Shown: positions 39,101 to 52,419 of the stretch, piece after piece
Position numbering within the stretch: the stretch's first letter is position 1
Layout: every line of letters begins with the position of its first letter
Assembly (NCBI RefSeq): GCF_947568905.1
Contig: NC_079166.1
Span: forward strand, 43,462,001 to 43,526,000
Direction: 5' to 3'
DNA: 64,000 nt
From: Ostrea edulis
Taxonomy: Eukaryota
Notes under the pieces: generated by a model
Seen by the model: only the letters and a program-made list of their open reading frames with translations
The model's database searches: none
What the model was told of the DNA's origin: nothing
Program-made: the position numbers and the translations under genes

Positions 39101-42100
39101 TGAAATGGGGCGTAACAAACATGTTTTATCTGACTGCTATATATACTTCTATATAATGTACAGTGTATTTTGACACAACACCATAATGACTAAATTTTTG
39201 GGATTTTGTAGAGTAAATACTTAATACTTCAGACTCAGTTGATTTTTATCTCCTCTATTAATTGCTTCTACTGCTGTGCATTTCACTTTGTTTTTATCCA
39301 CTGTTAATTTTTTTTTTTCAACTTTCTTGTTTTAAACATAAAACAATTGTTATTTTCTACAAAATTCTTGTGACTATCAAACCTTTATCCAATCATTGAA
39401 TATAATGAATGTATGATATCTGTGTCAATCAAACCTTTATCCAATGAATGTTGAATGAAGTAATGGTTGTTGAATAAAATATTTCTGTGACAACTATCGT
39501 CTATGTCAATGAAACCTTTATCCAATGAATGTTGAATGAAATAATGGTTGTTGAATAAAATATTTCTGTGACAACTTTGTCAATCAAACCTTTATCCAAT
39601 AGTTGTTGAAGATAGATACTTTGTGATATTGAGTCTAGCCTAAATATTGTATTTCCCAACTACATGTACAAAAACCTAATAAACAATCTAAAACTACATA
39701 TTGTCACCCATTTATTTTATACCATGAAAAGAAAATGTATCTTCAGTCTAGTGTGATAATTCTGTTTGTTTCCTTAGCTTTTAGCTAAAAACTTACTGCT
39801 TTTGATTGATTTTCATTTTTCTGCAATCAAAATATTTCAATTCATTATATTTTCCACCCATAACAACATTGATTTTATGATTCTTCTAAAATCAAAGGAC
39901 CACTGATTTTATATTCTCCTAAAATCAAAGGACAAAACTTTCATGAAGTGATAGTTTGTAATAATTACGACATCCTTCCAAAAGAAAAAAAAAGGAACCT
40001 TTGAATTGCAACACTTAAAGCTTGATGTCACACCACCCTGGGTTATCAAACTACCCATGAAAGTCAGTATTTTATGTTCCTACAACAGCTTTCTGATCTG
40101 ATCAATATGACCCTGTAACAATCACCGTCCCACAGAGAGTGTACGGGAACAATTTACCTTGTTGCCATACGTGGTACATTGAAAATGGAGGGTCACAGGT
40201 ATATACATTAAAGCTATGTTATTGTGTTTGATATTTACACAAAGAATTATTGTGTTTGATTTTCAAATATAATATAAGCAATAAATGTTTGATCTTGGTA
40301 TGGATTTTGAGACACTTTTATCTGGTATGTCTCAATCAGAAAAAGACATCTGTCTAAATATTGCTTTCAAGAAATCCCTTGGCATATTCAGAACATTGTG
40401 TCTGTAAAGCAGTGATTGAAAAATACCTAATTTTGCATGTATGTATGTGTGTGTTTCATTTTTTTCTTAAAATCTGAAAATGTTAATTTATTTTAAGCAC
40501 AATGTTACCTATTTTTAAAATATAGTGTATGTTCTTGAATAAAATTAACATTTCTACCAATGCCACTACCTCTTCAAAAGATACAAAAACTAGTAGTAAC
40601 AAAACAAATCTAATTCACAAAGTTGCTTTGTATTTTATGGGAAGGTAAATGATATGAAACAGCACCTTTTCTTCAAAATTACGATAAGATAAAAACATTT
40701 ATGAAGTTATGTGTATCAATTTAGTACCAGTCCCCATAACAACATACATCAAAATGCTAAGCACACACTCTTCATCAAAATACAGTATTTGCTTCAAAAA
40801 CTTGAACATCATTTTATCGGGCCGTATTCTCGACAGTGATACAATTGATATTGATGAATGATCTGATCATATTTACGTTTTGCATAGAGTCTAGGAGTTT
40901 GCCAGTTCCATCCATCTGGTTAATGAACTCCTTGTAGAACCTCATCTTAACACGGGAGTCCCTCACGGTCAAGCGGCCAATACCGTTGAAGGTCAACTCC
41001 ACATTCCTCTTACTATTGACTGCCCGGGACACTGCACCAAGGATTTCCCTTATACAGGTTTCTACTGTGTCCCGGTCAAATGGACTCTCAAATGATAATG
41101 CTGCAAAGTTAAGCTGCACTACCGGAATGTTTCCTGTAAAACAGAGTTGGATTAAGGTGTTAATTGTATATGTATACAGTTTTTAATCAATTTTCTATCT
41201 GTCAATTTTATGATCAGATCAATTTTTACATTATATCTAAGATTTTGATAAGCGCTATATATATACAAAATGTATTTTAAAAGTTTACTAAACTTTCTTG
41301 ATAGAGGAAAAAGAAGGAGAAATTTATGGTACTAATGAAAGGATTCAAATGACTCATCATAACCAGATCAGTGTGCAACATTTCATACAATCATACCAAT
41401 TCATTATTAAAGTACTGCTATGAGACTATAGTCATAAGTTTTGCAAAAAATCAAATCTCATTATTTCAGTTTTCTACACTGACTTACAACAAGAGGCTCA
41501 TGAGCCTAATATCAGTCACCTGTGTACCAAATAACACCAGGAGGCAATATTTAAAATTTTAAAGAAAACATTTTTGGAAGTTTCAATTGCAAGAAGATGC
41601 AATTTTCTGTAATTCTGGTACAAAAATCACATTATTTTTTTTCAATGTTCAGTAGAAATGCAGTCCGATATCTTAAAATTATTTACAACTACAGTACATG
41701 TACTTAATCCCTTTTCACTATAATCATATTGGCCCTACCTTGGAACCAACACCCTTATTCTAATCCTGGTATCATGAAATTTACAAATTTGTTAATTTAA
41801 GAGCCACCTGCTACTTCTAAATATCTACTTAGTATCAATAGCATTAAAGGATATGTTGTTCAAATTCATTACACAGAAACACTATCTGCAAAGTCAAATT
41901 GACCCCACCCTTAAGTCAGATCCTCCATTCCAGGGATCATGAAATTGACAGTTTTGGCAGAGGTTTTCCTTCTCCACATGACTATGCATTTAGTTTTCCT
42001 TACAGATGTGATTGATTGATTAAATATTGTTTAACGTCCCTCTCGAGAATATTTCACTCATATGGAGACATCACCATTACCGGTGAAGGGCTGCAAAATT

Positions 42101-44210
42101 TAGACCTATGCTCGGCGCTTTGAGCAGGGAGGGATCTTTATCGTGCTAAACCTGCTGTGACACAGGACCTCGGTTTTTGCGGTCTCATCCGAAGGACCGC
42201 CCCATTTAGTCGCCTCTTAGGACAAGCAAGGGGTACTAACCCGGATCCCCTTACAAATGTGCAGTTGTAGAAAAGATTTTTGAAAACTAGTCAATTTTTG
42301 ACAGTTTTTGCCTAACCCATAAGGCCTCGGGGGTACAGGAGTCCCAAAATTTACAATTTATGTCCCCCTTGTTCCCAAAATGCTTCATAGTAAATCTAAA
42401 AAGAATTGGAAGCGTTGTTATCAAGAAGTTAAAAATGTTCATATGTACATGAATTCATTAATTCTTTCCAAGAGTATATGAATCCAAAGCTTAATTAAGG
42501 TTTTGGAACAATATGCACTACAATTTAAACTAATTTCCAGAGATTGATAAATGTTTGCACATAATGTACTACAGTTCTCTGACAAAATACGTAAATATAT
42601 CTGTTTTGTAACTTTTTTTTCTGTACTATAAACATTTATCTTTTGACAGTAAAACTATATACGTTGAAATAAATATAACTTGGCATTAGCAATTTAAAAG
42701 ATTTACTGCTAAGGAAATGAAACAAGGTTTCAATGTTGATAATTATTTTAATTGAAATCTTAAAAGCTTAATGACCCATTGTGTTTCCCATAAATTCAAT
42801 TATAAATCTGCAAGTTAATCTTCCCTTGTTTGCAACAATGCAGGTATAAAATCCAGATTTCTTATTGAAATTAAGTCCAATTGCCTCTAGGTTCAATGAG
42901 CACATGAACTTTCATATTAAAGTTCATCTCTCGTAAAATATTTTTGCTTTCAGGATGTAACATGCAACAAATATAAATGCATGCATATATGTACATGTAG
43001 GTGCAAATGAGTTATGTACCTGACAGAGAGATGTGTACGTCCCTTTTCACAAAAAGAAAATCATAATTATATATGAAACTGGAAAATATTGTAATTCCTT
43101 TATAATTTTTTACTCGTATTTCTGTATGAGCAAAATCAGTATACAGATGCGTGTGATGACATTGCATGGTTATACTCTTACTCTGGGCATAGTAACATGC
43201 ACTAAGTTGATTGTAAAGTGTCGACAATTTATTTTTCGTATTTACTATTGTTGTGAATGTGAGTCGACAATGGGAGGTCCAGCTCTAATGTTCAAACTGA
43301 AAAAAAAATTCTGTTTGCAAAATTAAGTTTTCAGGCATGCAGTATCACACAGCATTATATATAACCTACTGCTAGGTATGGCTCCCTAGTTGTGTATTGT
43401 AGAGATTTATCTTGAATCCTTATTGACTTTATTTACTTTGATAAAGGAATTATACTAATGGCAGTTTGCATTTGTAGATACACAAGTCAAAGACGGTGAC
43501 TCAATGCCATTTAAATCCTAGCGACACTTTGAAAATTCACTCCCTTTGTACCATGGTTCAGTAAAAGTCTATTGTGTATGGGTCAAAATGAGCATTTGGG
43601 TCAATATTTCCAAACCTACAGAATACACTTTTATGGTTGTTAAGTTGGAGAGTATTTAAATACCCTTTAGACAAATTAAATGCTTTGAATTGTTTCTGTA
43701 ATTTTTCCCTATATTCACAGAATTAAATACTACATTGATGTATGATATACCAGTATATTTACATCATTAAACAAATAATAATTTTAAAAACAAAAAGATA
43801 TACATGTATATACATATATAACCAAACACAGCAAATTCTCAGAATCCGGTTTTATATATTATATATATTCCAGACGTACAATGTAGGTATAGAAAAATCT
43901 ACACAAGTAGTAGTATATAATAAAAAAAAATATCACAAAGCTGACAGAGTATACTCGACTAGTTTCTTCAATTCTTCAGGAGTATACAAAAAACAAAACA
44001 AAAAACATACTGTTAATAAAAATACATATAATACTCCTGAAGAATTAAAGAAACTAGTCGATTATACTCTATCAGTTTTGTGATCTTTTTTATTATTGCA
44101 TATATAACATATGTAAAATGATGTCATTAATTCCTTGTAACAGCCATACTTTTCTCCATAATATCACATCTATATACTCTTAAAGCAAATAATCAGAGAG
44201 AGAAAGACAG

Positions 44211-44266
<56 letters not shown>

Positions 44267-47054
44267 AAAACAGTGTTTCATGTGGATGCATCAGTTCTAC
44301 TTAGACTCCTTTTTCATTTAAATGTATAAATATATTTCATACCTGGAACATGATATTTGACAGACTGAAGACCATGGGTCTGAGCAAACTTCTCAGACAA
44401 CACAAAGATTGGTCTCTGCATCATGATGAATTTATTGTTTCCTATGTCTAGTTTCTTCTGCGTGAAGGTAAAAGTTCCTAGCATGGGGATGCTGACACCC
44501 TAAAAGAAAAAATTTCATGTATGTTCAGTGCATAATCAGTAAAAAGAATTTATCATCAAATGTATGTTCAATGCATGATCATCATTTAAAAAGAATTTAT
44601 CATCAAATCTTCCACTGTTTACTGTAGGAAGCAATAATGGCATCTATCAGAGAATTAAGCCAAAATAGCATATGCATGTGCAGATCCAGCGGGGAGGGGG
44701 AGACCAATTTATGGTTAGGTGGTCAATTCCTCCTCCCAACCCCTCAACCCCCCTTGTACCACTAATTTCCAGCTTTTATAGTCTTTATCTCAATCTTCTT
44801 TCTCCCATTATCAACTTTGTTATATCAAATTGATGCAATGTTCCTTTTTGGTTTTGTTATGAAACACTTGGGACCATTCTGATCTTCAAATTTTTCCCTT
44901 GTGTATTTCAGAAATTGCGCATTTAAGGAGATTACTAAAATTATATTGGTTGGCCCTAAATCTCAAAAAAATTATCAGTATACCCACTCCCCCAAATTTT
45001 TTGGATCCAATGCATGGTATTCAAACTTTTTGTAATGTGTTGCACAAATTTACTGCATACAGGGAAATTTTGGCCCGATATTATTTTCTAACAGACAAAT
45101 TGAAATTCAATTTATTTAATATCATAGCCAATTCAATTTGTGCTACTATCAAAAGTAAATAAATCTGAATATTTCCAGTTTTAAATTTGCCCACTGGCAA
45201 AAAATGGAGCCCATATTTCCCTGTACACAGTAATCTGTTAGCTGGCACTGCACAAAAATCTATTAAAGACAGCATAATACTTTGATGAAAAAATCATCTC
45301 ATGAATAATTAAGTGTATGCACATTTTTACCTTCTGCTGGGACATGTGCTTCTCAAGAAAATTGGAGACATTTTCCCAAACACTTGCAACATCTGCAATA
45401 AAAATATTAAAAATCAATGACAAAATTCAGAAATTGAATTAACAACTTCAACAAAATTTAACCTCCTTATAAAATGGTACCATAAATGATAGCCTGATAG
45501 TAGGTTCGTGTTTTAATAGCAGAGAATAAAGAAAGTGTACCATATTGCTAACTGCTGAAAATCTTGCAAGAAAACAAACATAAATGATTTCATTTGAATA
45601 AAACACTTCAAAGAGCATTCTTGGACTCTTCAAAAATCAATACATTCAATGCAATATATGCAGTTTTATCTGATACAGGTAACTAATCCATCTTCAACTC
45701 AATAACAAATTTTGAAAATATAAGAAAGCATGCCCACTAGATTTGGTAGTAGATCATACAAATTATCATATTGATTACTAATTAGTAATAAGTGCTAATA
45801 TGTGTCAATAGTTCTGATGAAATATACCTTATATTCATGATTTATATTTCTGGATGATAAAGACAATATGTAAATATGAACTATAAACATGTTCTATTCA
45901 AAGTTTCAAACATCATATCATGACAACCACATGAGTTTCTTTGCTAAATTAAAAAAGTTAAAATTTGGTTCATCATACACCCTTAAGTCACACATGTACA
46001 TAAATTCAGTATTTTATCTGACTGCTTAGGTGTTTCTACAATGTACAAGTACAAAAATGAAGAAAAAAATCAACAAATGATGACTAGTCACAGATATATT
46101 GTGAATAAATTGTATATTCATATACACCAATATTTTAATATGAAAAGTGAACTATACTGTTGAGTTGCAAAAAACGATATAGCCCATATAAGGTATAGTA
46201 CCAATGTGCACCCTACAAAGATCAAATTTTTTTTACATTTCAATACATCTTCGCAAAGTGTGATAATCAGGTCTATACTGCTTGTTCATTGTGTAATGAT
46301 GTTGTATTTTTTCCTGGATCATGCAATGATCTTGACAAAGTATAATAAGTTTACACTAAAGGAGAAATGGCTACTTACTATGGTCACTTGATTTTAACTT
46401 TGTGCTTCTTTGTGCAGTTTGTGAAAGTAAGGAAAATGTACACCAAAAATGTTAAATAAATGAAATTTATGCTGCAATAAAGCATTTTTAAAGTTTTACA
46501 AATGCACAGAATTTGTTATACTTTGAAACAGTATAATCATCATTACCATAAAGAGGGACATTTTACAAAAGAGAGATGTTTGCATTATCTAGTGAAATGA
46601 TCTTGTTTTAATGTATAATTATGTCCAATGTGCAGTTTAGCATTAATTTGTATGATACATCATCCACGAAAAGTGGTGTACTTTTAAGTCTTGTACCTTA
46701 TGGTTGTGCAACATAATTATTGCAGCTCTCTAAGATGTATGTAATGCAAGACGCAACTCAAGTTAGAAAAGACGAAACTTTTAACTTCTTCTGTTTTTTC
46801 AACAGTGTTCAATACGACAGTATATCAGAGGACATTAAAATATCTAAACCATCATAAATGGCTTGATACCAAGAACATATGATACCTCTGAGTACATGTG
46901 TTTTTATCTCATAACCTGTATTTGTTTGGTATGTCCATTTGATACTAAATGATAGTAAAATGCTCAACTTACCTTCTTCTGAAAGTTTATCCTTTATCTG
47001 AGAATACTTATTAGACTTGGCTTCAGCCAAAATTCCTTGCATTGGATCCGACAT
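24547..47054 (-). CDS. CCDC81: Coiled-coil domain-containing protein 81. Exons 5'->3': 47054-46973, 45392-45331, 44499-44343, 41133-40877, 39020-38941, 38779-38406, 38162-38099, 36753-36698, 34173-33990, 31486-31207, 30987-30880, 30778-30695, 30532-30447, 29879-29801, 27255-27035, 24811-24547 (812 aa; optional exons at 33612-33565 and 29092-28853)
   Basis: All junctions are GT-AG and phase-compatible (sum 2439 nt). Recognised segments: GVSIPMLGTFTF..KKLDIGNNKFI..QRPIF, LNFAALSFESPFDRDTVETC..E...VELTF.GIG.L..RDSRVKMRFYKEF (HU-like domain), CGHPNAGQELCYLCHQR, RLEQVQLAE.LAAQR, CQQCKK..NNCGESNIW...YIPGSRLMV*. Micro-exons at 36.7-38.2 kb are less certain. Confidence 0.9.
25960..27065 (-). repeat. 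Compound minisatellite: CCDC81 exon end + GTGAGT donor + (GA)n, about 17 units including the real junction
   Basis: Unit gtgctggagaggaacaaacaaga|gtgagtcattgtgtaaatca(ga)n is identical to the junction at 27035/27034. Confidence 0.95.
28853..29092 (-). CDS. Candidate 240-nt in-frame cassette exon (or alternative last exon ending at TGA 28775) of CCDC81
   Basis: Pyrimidine tract + AG acceptor at 29093-29094; stop-free phase-0 frame IEVRDRVRKLDGFLRTPEPP...KLQRNRSP; CCG|GTATAT donor at 28852. Confidence 0.45.
31852..32240 (+). repeat. 49-bp minisatellite (tactgggcctgtgttaactacccttggcattagttatagtaacattatt), about 7 copies with two 22-bp partial units
   Basis: Directly visible, in a CCDC81 intron. 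Confidence 0.9.
36860..37035. mobile_element. MITE with ca(t/a)gcacagatcca termini
   Basis: caagcacagatcca ... tggatctgtgcatg; related termini at 44675-45016 and 58564-58713. Confidence 0.6.
41489..42445. mobile_element. Helentron-associated (HINE/pearl-like) element with central repeats, interrupted by a SINE
   Basis: acaagaggctca...gtcacctg terminus and repeated catgaaatttaca units, as in 54326-55485. Confidence 0.65.
42009..42250 (-). mobile_element. SINE, same family as 6529-6790
   Basis: Reverse-complement match over about 240 bp, with (gatt)n tail. Confidence 0.85.
43932..44084. repeat. Inverted repeat: 54-bp arms (4 mismatches) around a 45-nt A-rich loop
   Basis: atcacaaagctgacagagtatactcgactagtttcttcaattcttcaggagtat versus atactcctgaagaattaaagaaactagtcgattatactctatcagttttgtgat. 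Confidence 0.9.
44675..45016. mobile_element. MITE with catg..cagatcca / tggatcc..tgcatg termini
   Basis: Imperfect terminal inverted repeats with G-rich and C-rich subtermini. Confidence 0.5.
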
Positions 47055-47144
47055 ATTTTCTATATATTCGATAATCACAAATAAAACTTAATGTGCACCA
47101 TTCTGCATGTTATTTACTCGCCATTATTGCATTTCACTGCAAGA

Positions 47145-47210
47145 AGTGTCCATAGACAAACGTTGCCAGGGAGGGTAAAAATTCATTGGATAATTCCACG
47201 TGACGTCAGA
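47145..47210. promoter_or_regulatory. Candidate bidirectional promoter motifs: RFX X-box-like sites, E-box CACGTG (47197-47202) overlapping a full CRE TGACGTCA (47201-47208)
   Basis: Motifs are visible between the divergent ATGs of CCDC81 (47054) and the cystatin (47651); function is inferred. Confidence 0.45.
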
Positions 47211-47650
47211 TGTAAAGTTAGCCAAAAAGAAAATGGAGAATCCGAGATGGATTTTTTTCTGTGATTTATAAGAAATTAATTTCAGGATGATTAAAAAAAA
47301 TAATTACACCGTTATCATGAGACTATTTTATAAACAAATATATTCACATCTCATACGAAAATAGCGAACAAAATTATACTATTAAAACCTAAACGTGATG
47401 CCTTATTATCCGGAAAAAAAGAAGAAAGAAATAATTTTTTAAAAATATGAAAATACGATTATTAAATATGCTTGGTGTTTTACAATTATTTGTTGTTATA
47501 CTTAAATGATTATTATCGAAAATATTTTGTCAACATAAATGAATAATAAATTTTTGCCAGAGTTGTCTTTCCTGTTACAGTCACGAGATCGTTGACGTTC
47601 ATCATTTCGAGGGAATTCTGAAAGGGGAACGACCGTAATATTGTGTAAAG

Positions 47651-50111
47651 ATGATGTGTGGAGGAACTTCAGCGTCTAAACCTGCAGATGCCGACATTCA
47701 GGCAATCGTCGATGAGGTAAACACAGTATACGTCTTATTTATTCATGATTTTTGACGAGATTAAACTAATAAAGTATTTTTTTCCGGGAGTCACTATGTG
47801 TACACTGAGTCGCATCTCACTATCTGTCCCCTGTATATAGATCTATAAACAGGACTCTTAGTGATGGTCAATATCTCTGTATATAGTAAAGTATCATTTT
47901 AAACAATTTACATGTACAATATCCCACATTGGAGTTAATGGGATAATCGGTAGGATTTACATATTATAACACTCATGCCTGCAGGTGTTTTGTATATCAT
48001 AAGACTCTGACTCATGATCATACACCACAAGATAAATCAATTTAATGAAGATATTTATAAACTCCAAACGGAACACTGGAACTTCAATTCATATCAGACT
48101 TTTCAACATTATTATTGGTGAAGCTTTTTATAAACTAGACCTATAATACGGACAAAATAAAAAGGAGGAGAGAGAACCGGTTTGGGGAGGGGACTATATA
48201 GGAACTGAGGAAGAATGATAAATAGAATGGGGTCTGGGGGGGGGGGGGGGGGGAGAGAGGTCCTCCCCTACATATGTTATGAATTGAAAATTAAGTGAAA
48301 ATATATGCGTAAATAAATAAAATCATGTTGCAGAATTTGAAAGATTTTCCCATATGTACATGTAATCTTGCAGTAAAAGAATCTCTTTGCATGATTAGAT
48401 ATATGTCTCAGCTGTACATTCATGCTGTTCTGTTACACTTTATAGAGATACTGGTAACTAATTGCTGGGTCAATGATGTGTAACTTTGTATTTTATTTAG
48501 CTGTTTATACAGATACATCAGTGAATGTATGTTGATTGTAAAAGATTTTCTATCCCGACACAAAGAATGATAACACTCACTCACACACTCACTCACTATC
48601 CAAGTTTATCATCTGTGTTCCCTTCGTCAGGGGTTCGACGTTGTCTGTTTGGAATTTCAGGACCTATTCAGGACAGCCAGTCCTGAATAACGAGATGTTG
48701 AAATCTATTCCTTTATTCCCCCACCATGAAAAGGCCGGGCCTATAGACTCCATTACCCTTTCCCATCATAATTTGATATCCATTCATCATCTTTGCTACA
48801 GATGCACAAAATCAACTGGAATTTGGATGTACAATGTATACATCATGAAAATATCCAGGTCAAGTTCAAACTGGTTCTGGTTGAATAATTTTTTGACAGA
48901 GTTACAAGTGCAACTTCGACCTAAAATTTTTTTCTAACAATTCAGTTTCTGCTCATCATAATGGGCATTTGAGAAATAAATTTCAATTTTTAAAATACAT
49001 GTGGGCATAAAATGCAATGCTGCATGCTGGCGTACTTCATGAAGTATGTTGGCGCTTCATGAAAAGTGTGCCGACACGAAGCATTGCAGTTCATATACCT
49101 TCATGTATTGTCAAAACTGACGTTTATTTTCTAGTTTCTACACTCATTTCTGTTGGAATTTCCAGTCATTAATACAATGTAAAGACACACTATATTTATC
49201 TGTATTCATACGCATATTGTTTACAACTGCAACACATTCATGATGAAATGGCCGTCATTACAATTTGTAAAAATATCAAAGGCAAAAACATTGGAAATGT
49301 AAATGTTATGAATTGAAATTCAGGATGTAGATATGTCAGGAGAATATACAGGTCAAGTTTGTTTTTGGTTCAGGTAAAAATGTTTCTGCAGAGTTATGCC
49401 CCTTGGACTTAGAAAATTTCAAACAGTTCAAGCTCCACTCATTATCTCAGTCATAGACTGTGTCTGCTGCCCAATCCCATTCACTTATTTGTGAATGAAA
49501 TATTGTTTAAATTAAATATCTCAGTCATACATTGACATTTAATCAAATTGAAATTGAGTTGTTTTTTTTTTTACAATATCTTCAACTTGAATCCCATTAG
49601 CTGCAGAACTGTAGCTCTCTGAAAAAATAATTTGACATAACAGTTCTGCAGCTATATAGTATATACACCCATGACAGTTGCATTGTTGGTAGTTTATAGT
49701 AGAGTGATCGGTGACGGTGTGGTTGAACACCAGCAAGCTTATTTGATTCTTTTATACAGCTGAATTCTTCTTCTCTACTTGTTTTATATGTATGGACTGA
49801 AGAACCCATTTGATTTTATTTTAAGGTTAAAGGTGCAGTAGAAAATAAGCTTGGGAATAAGCTGGATAAATATGATGCAGTTTCATACAAGACACAAGTT
49901 GTAGCTGGTACTAACTACTTTGTGAAGGTAAAATTCTTACAGTTTGATTGATGATATGAATGACTAACTACTTTGTGAAGGTAAAATTCTTACAGTTTGA
50001 TTGATGATATGAATGACTAACTACTTTGTGAAGGTAAAATTCTTACAGTTTGATTGATGACATGAATGATTATTGTACACAGATACGATATGTTAATGTA
50101 ACAGAACATAG

Positions 50112-50168
<57 letters not shown>

Positions 50169-50335
50169 AAACACCACATGCATACTGATTTTGAACCTGT
50201 CATTTATAGGTGAATATTGGTGATGAACACCTACACCTGAGGATCTTTGCCCCTCTCCCCCACACAGGAGCATCAAAGGAGTTGTCAGACATGCAGAGAG
50301 GAAAAACTGCCGAAAATGACTTGGAATATTTCTGA
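47651..50335 (+). CDS. Type-1 cystatin (stefin A/B-like), exons 47651-47716, 49826-49927, 50210-50335; 97 aa
   Basis: MMCGGTSASKPADADIQAIVDE-VKGAVENKLGNKLDKYDAVSYKTQVVAGTNYFVK-VNIGDEHLHLRIFAPLPHTGASKELSDMQRGKTAENDLEYF*; N-terminal GG, QVVAG motif, phase-0 introns; AATAAA at 50609-50614. Confidence 0.95.
49911..50069 (+). repeat. 53-bp tandem triplication spanning the cystatin exon-2 donor
   Basis: ctaactactttgtgaag|gtaaaattcttacagtttgattgatgatatgaatga at 49911, 49964 and 50017. Confidence 0.95.
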
Positions 50336-50875
50336 TGTCATTGCCAAGATTGTGAATGTGGAACTGCCGACATATCAGCAGGCATCCCATGTGGAACTAA
50401 AAGTGTTAAAAGTCTTTCCAAAATCTCCAGAATAGTTTTATAATTCAGTTGTACACCAAAACTTGAATGGGATAGAAATATGTGATGCACTGAGTGAAGC
50501 AGTGTGTTGGTGACTAGAGGTCACTGTTTTCCTTTATATAAATGATTAAATTTGAGACACAATAATTTTTTTATTTATATTATTTAGTAATCTTGTTGTA
50601 AATTGTGCAATAAAAAGTCCTGTTAAATCCAAATATTGTTGTTCAAAAATTTACTGCATGTGTTACAAAAAATACAATTTATCTTGAGAGCTTGATGGCT
50701 ATAAAATATATTTGCATAATTGGGTTAGTAATCCACTCACACAAAGGGAAAACTCTCTTGTCTTGTAGAATTTAGCTTGAAGGCAAAGTTTTTGGAGTTT
50801 TTTTTAGTTCCCTACTGGCAGAGTTGAACGGGACTACTAGTTTGCACTCCAGTCAATCTGTCCACTTCTCCAGAC

Positions 50876-51060
50876 TTTTTAGCTCACCTGAGTTGAAAGA
50901 TCAAGTGAACTTTTCTGATTATTGTATTTTTTGGCATCTGTCTGTAAACTTTTAACATTTTTTACCTTTTCTCCAGAACCACAGGGCTAATGTCAGCTAA
51001 ACTTGCCACAAAGCATGATTTAGGTAAAGAGAGTTAAGTTTGTTCAAACAAAGTGCCACA
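50876..51060 (+). mobile_element. Helentron-associated (HINE) terminal fragment
   Basis: tttttagctcacctgagttgaaagatcaagtgaacttttctgat head with hairpin, followed by tgtctgtctgtaaactttt. Confidence 0.65.
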
Positions 51061-52269
51061 TCAACTAGATACAATCGTAAGACAGTAATACCAGCACACG
51101 AGTGTTTGCTGTTTAATATACTCTCTATCACATATATTCTTGCTGCATATGTCAAGATGCATTAAAGGGGCATTAGCTGTAATTTGTTGCCCAAAATTGA
51201 ATTAAATGAAAATTGCTCAATATTATATATTTCAGTAATAACACCAGTATTTAATTATTTCAAACACTATTTAACCTCAAAGCAGGCAATTGAATATGTA
51301 ATTTTTGTGATCAAATAATTATTGTCTTTCAAGCCTATAATTCTTTCTTATATATTTCTTAACACTAAAATTGGTAATAGAACATAGTTTTTCTTGTTTT
51401 CGTACAAAGTAAATTGATTCTATTAGTCATTAAGGTAATTCCACCCCTCTAGAATTATAAGTTCAGTCATATAGTTTGATTGTTGATTCGTCAAATAATA
51501 TATTTTAGTAAGAAATAAAAATGATAAAATAAGTATGTTGCGGTATTGATAAAAGAAAATTATCAACTAGCACACATTTATATGTTCTGAATGTCAGAAA
51601 ATTGCAATTTTCCTTAAACAGCATTATCAAAATTTCACAAAAAATAGTTATAACTATATAATAGTATTCATAATAATTTCATGAAACTATTTCTTTAAAA
51701 AATATACAAACTGTTTGTGAAAAATAAAGGAAATCAACTTGTTATATAATTAAATGCAAACAAAGTTATTGCCCTTGGATTCAATATTTTGAAACATCAT
51801 TGATTATTCATATATAATTTAAGACTTTTGAATTATCTTGTGGTTAACAAGATATTTTACAATAACTATTGAAAAAGACTCCAATAAAGTTTATGTTCCT
51901 ATCATGCATAAATCTTATTAAATCATTGACTTTGCAAAATCTTATGATGTCACAGGAGGGTGGAACCTTTGCCATTGAAAGAGTTTTAGAAAAAATGGTT
52001 GCCATTACTTTCACAGCTAATACCTCTTCAAGTATTCTACTGGCCAAGTGCCCTGGGGTCATTCCAAACCCTATTTCATGACTGTTGAAATATTTTTTTT
52101 TAAAACAATTGAGGTGATGAACCCTACCTAAACCACATATTTTTGCTGCACATGTCAATATGCATTGAGAATTCTGATGGACAAGTGCCCTGGTTTATCC
52201 CAACCCCCATCATTTTTTTATTGTTCAAATATCTTAAAATAGTTGAGATTTTCTTGTTGCACATGACAC

Positions 52270-52389
52270 CAATATGATTAAAATCAGCTCCTCGATCCAC
52301 TCCTTCATTTCTTTTGATTTGTCGCTACTCGAGGTAGCAACAAATCAAAAGAAATAAAGGAGCAGATCGAGCTGATTTCAATCAGATTG
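52270..52389. mobile_element. 120-bp palindromic MITE with a 10-bp target-site duplication (cacatgacac)
   Basis: The element is almost entirely a hairpin centred on ctcgag; identical 10-mers at 52260-52269 and 52390-52399. Confidence 0.8.
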
Positions 52390-52419
52390 CACATGACACA
52401 ATGCACTGAGTATCAGGTT

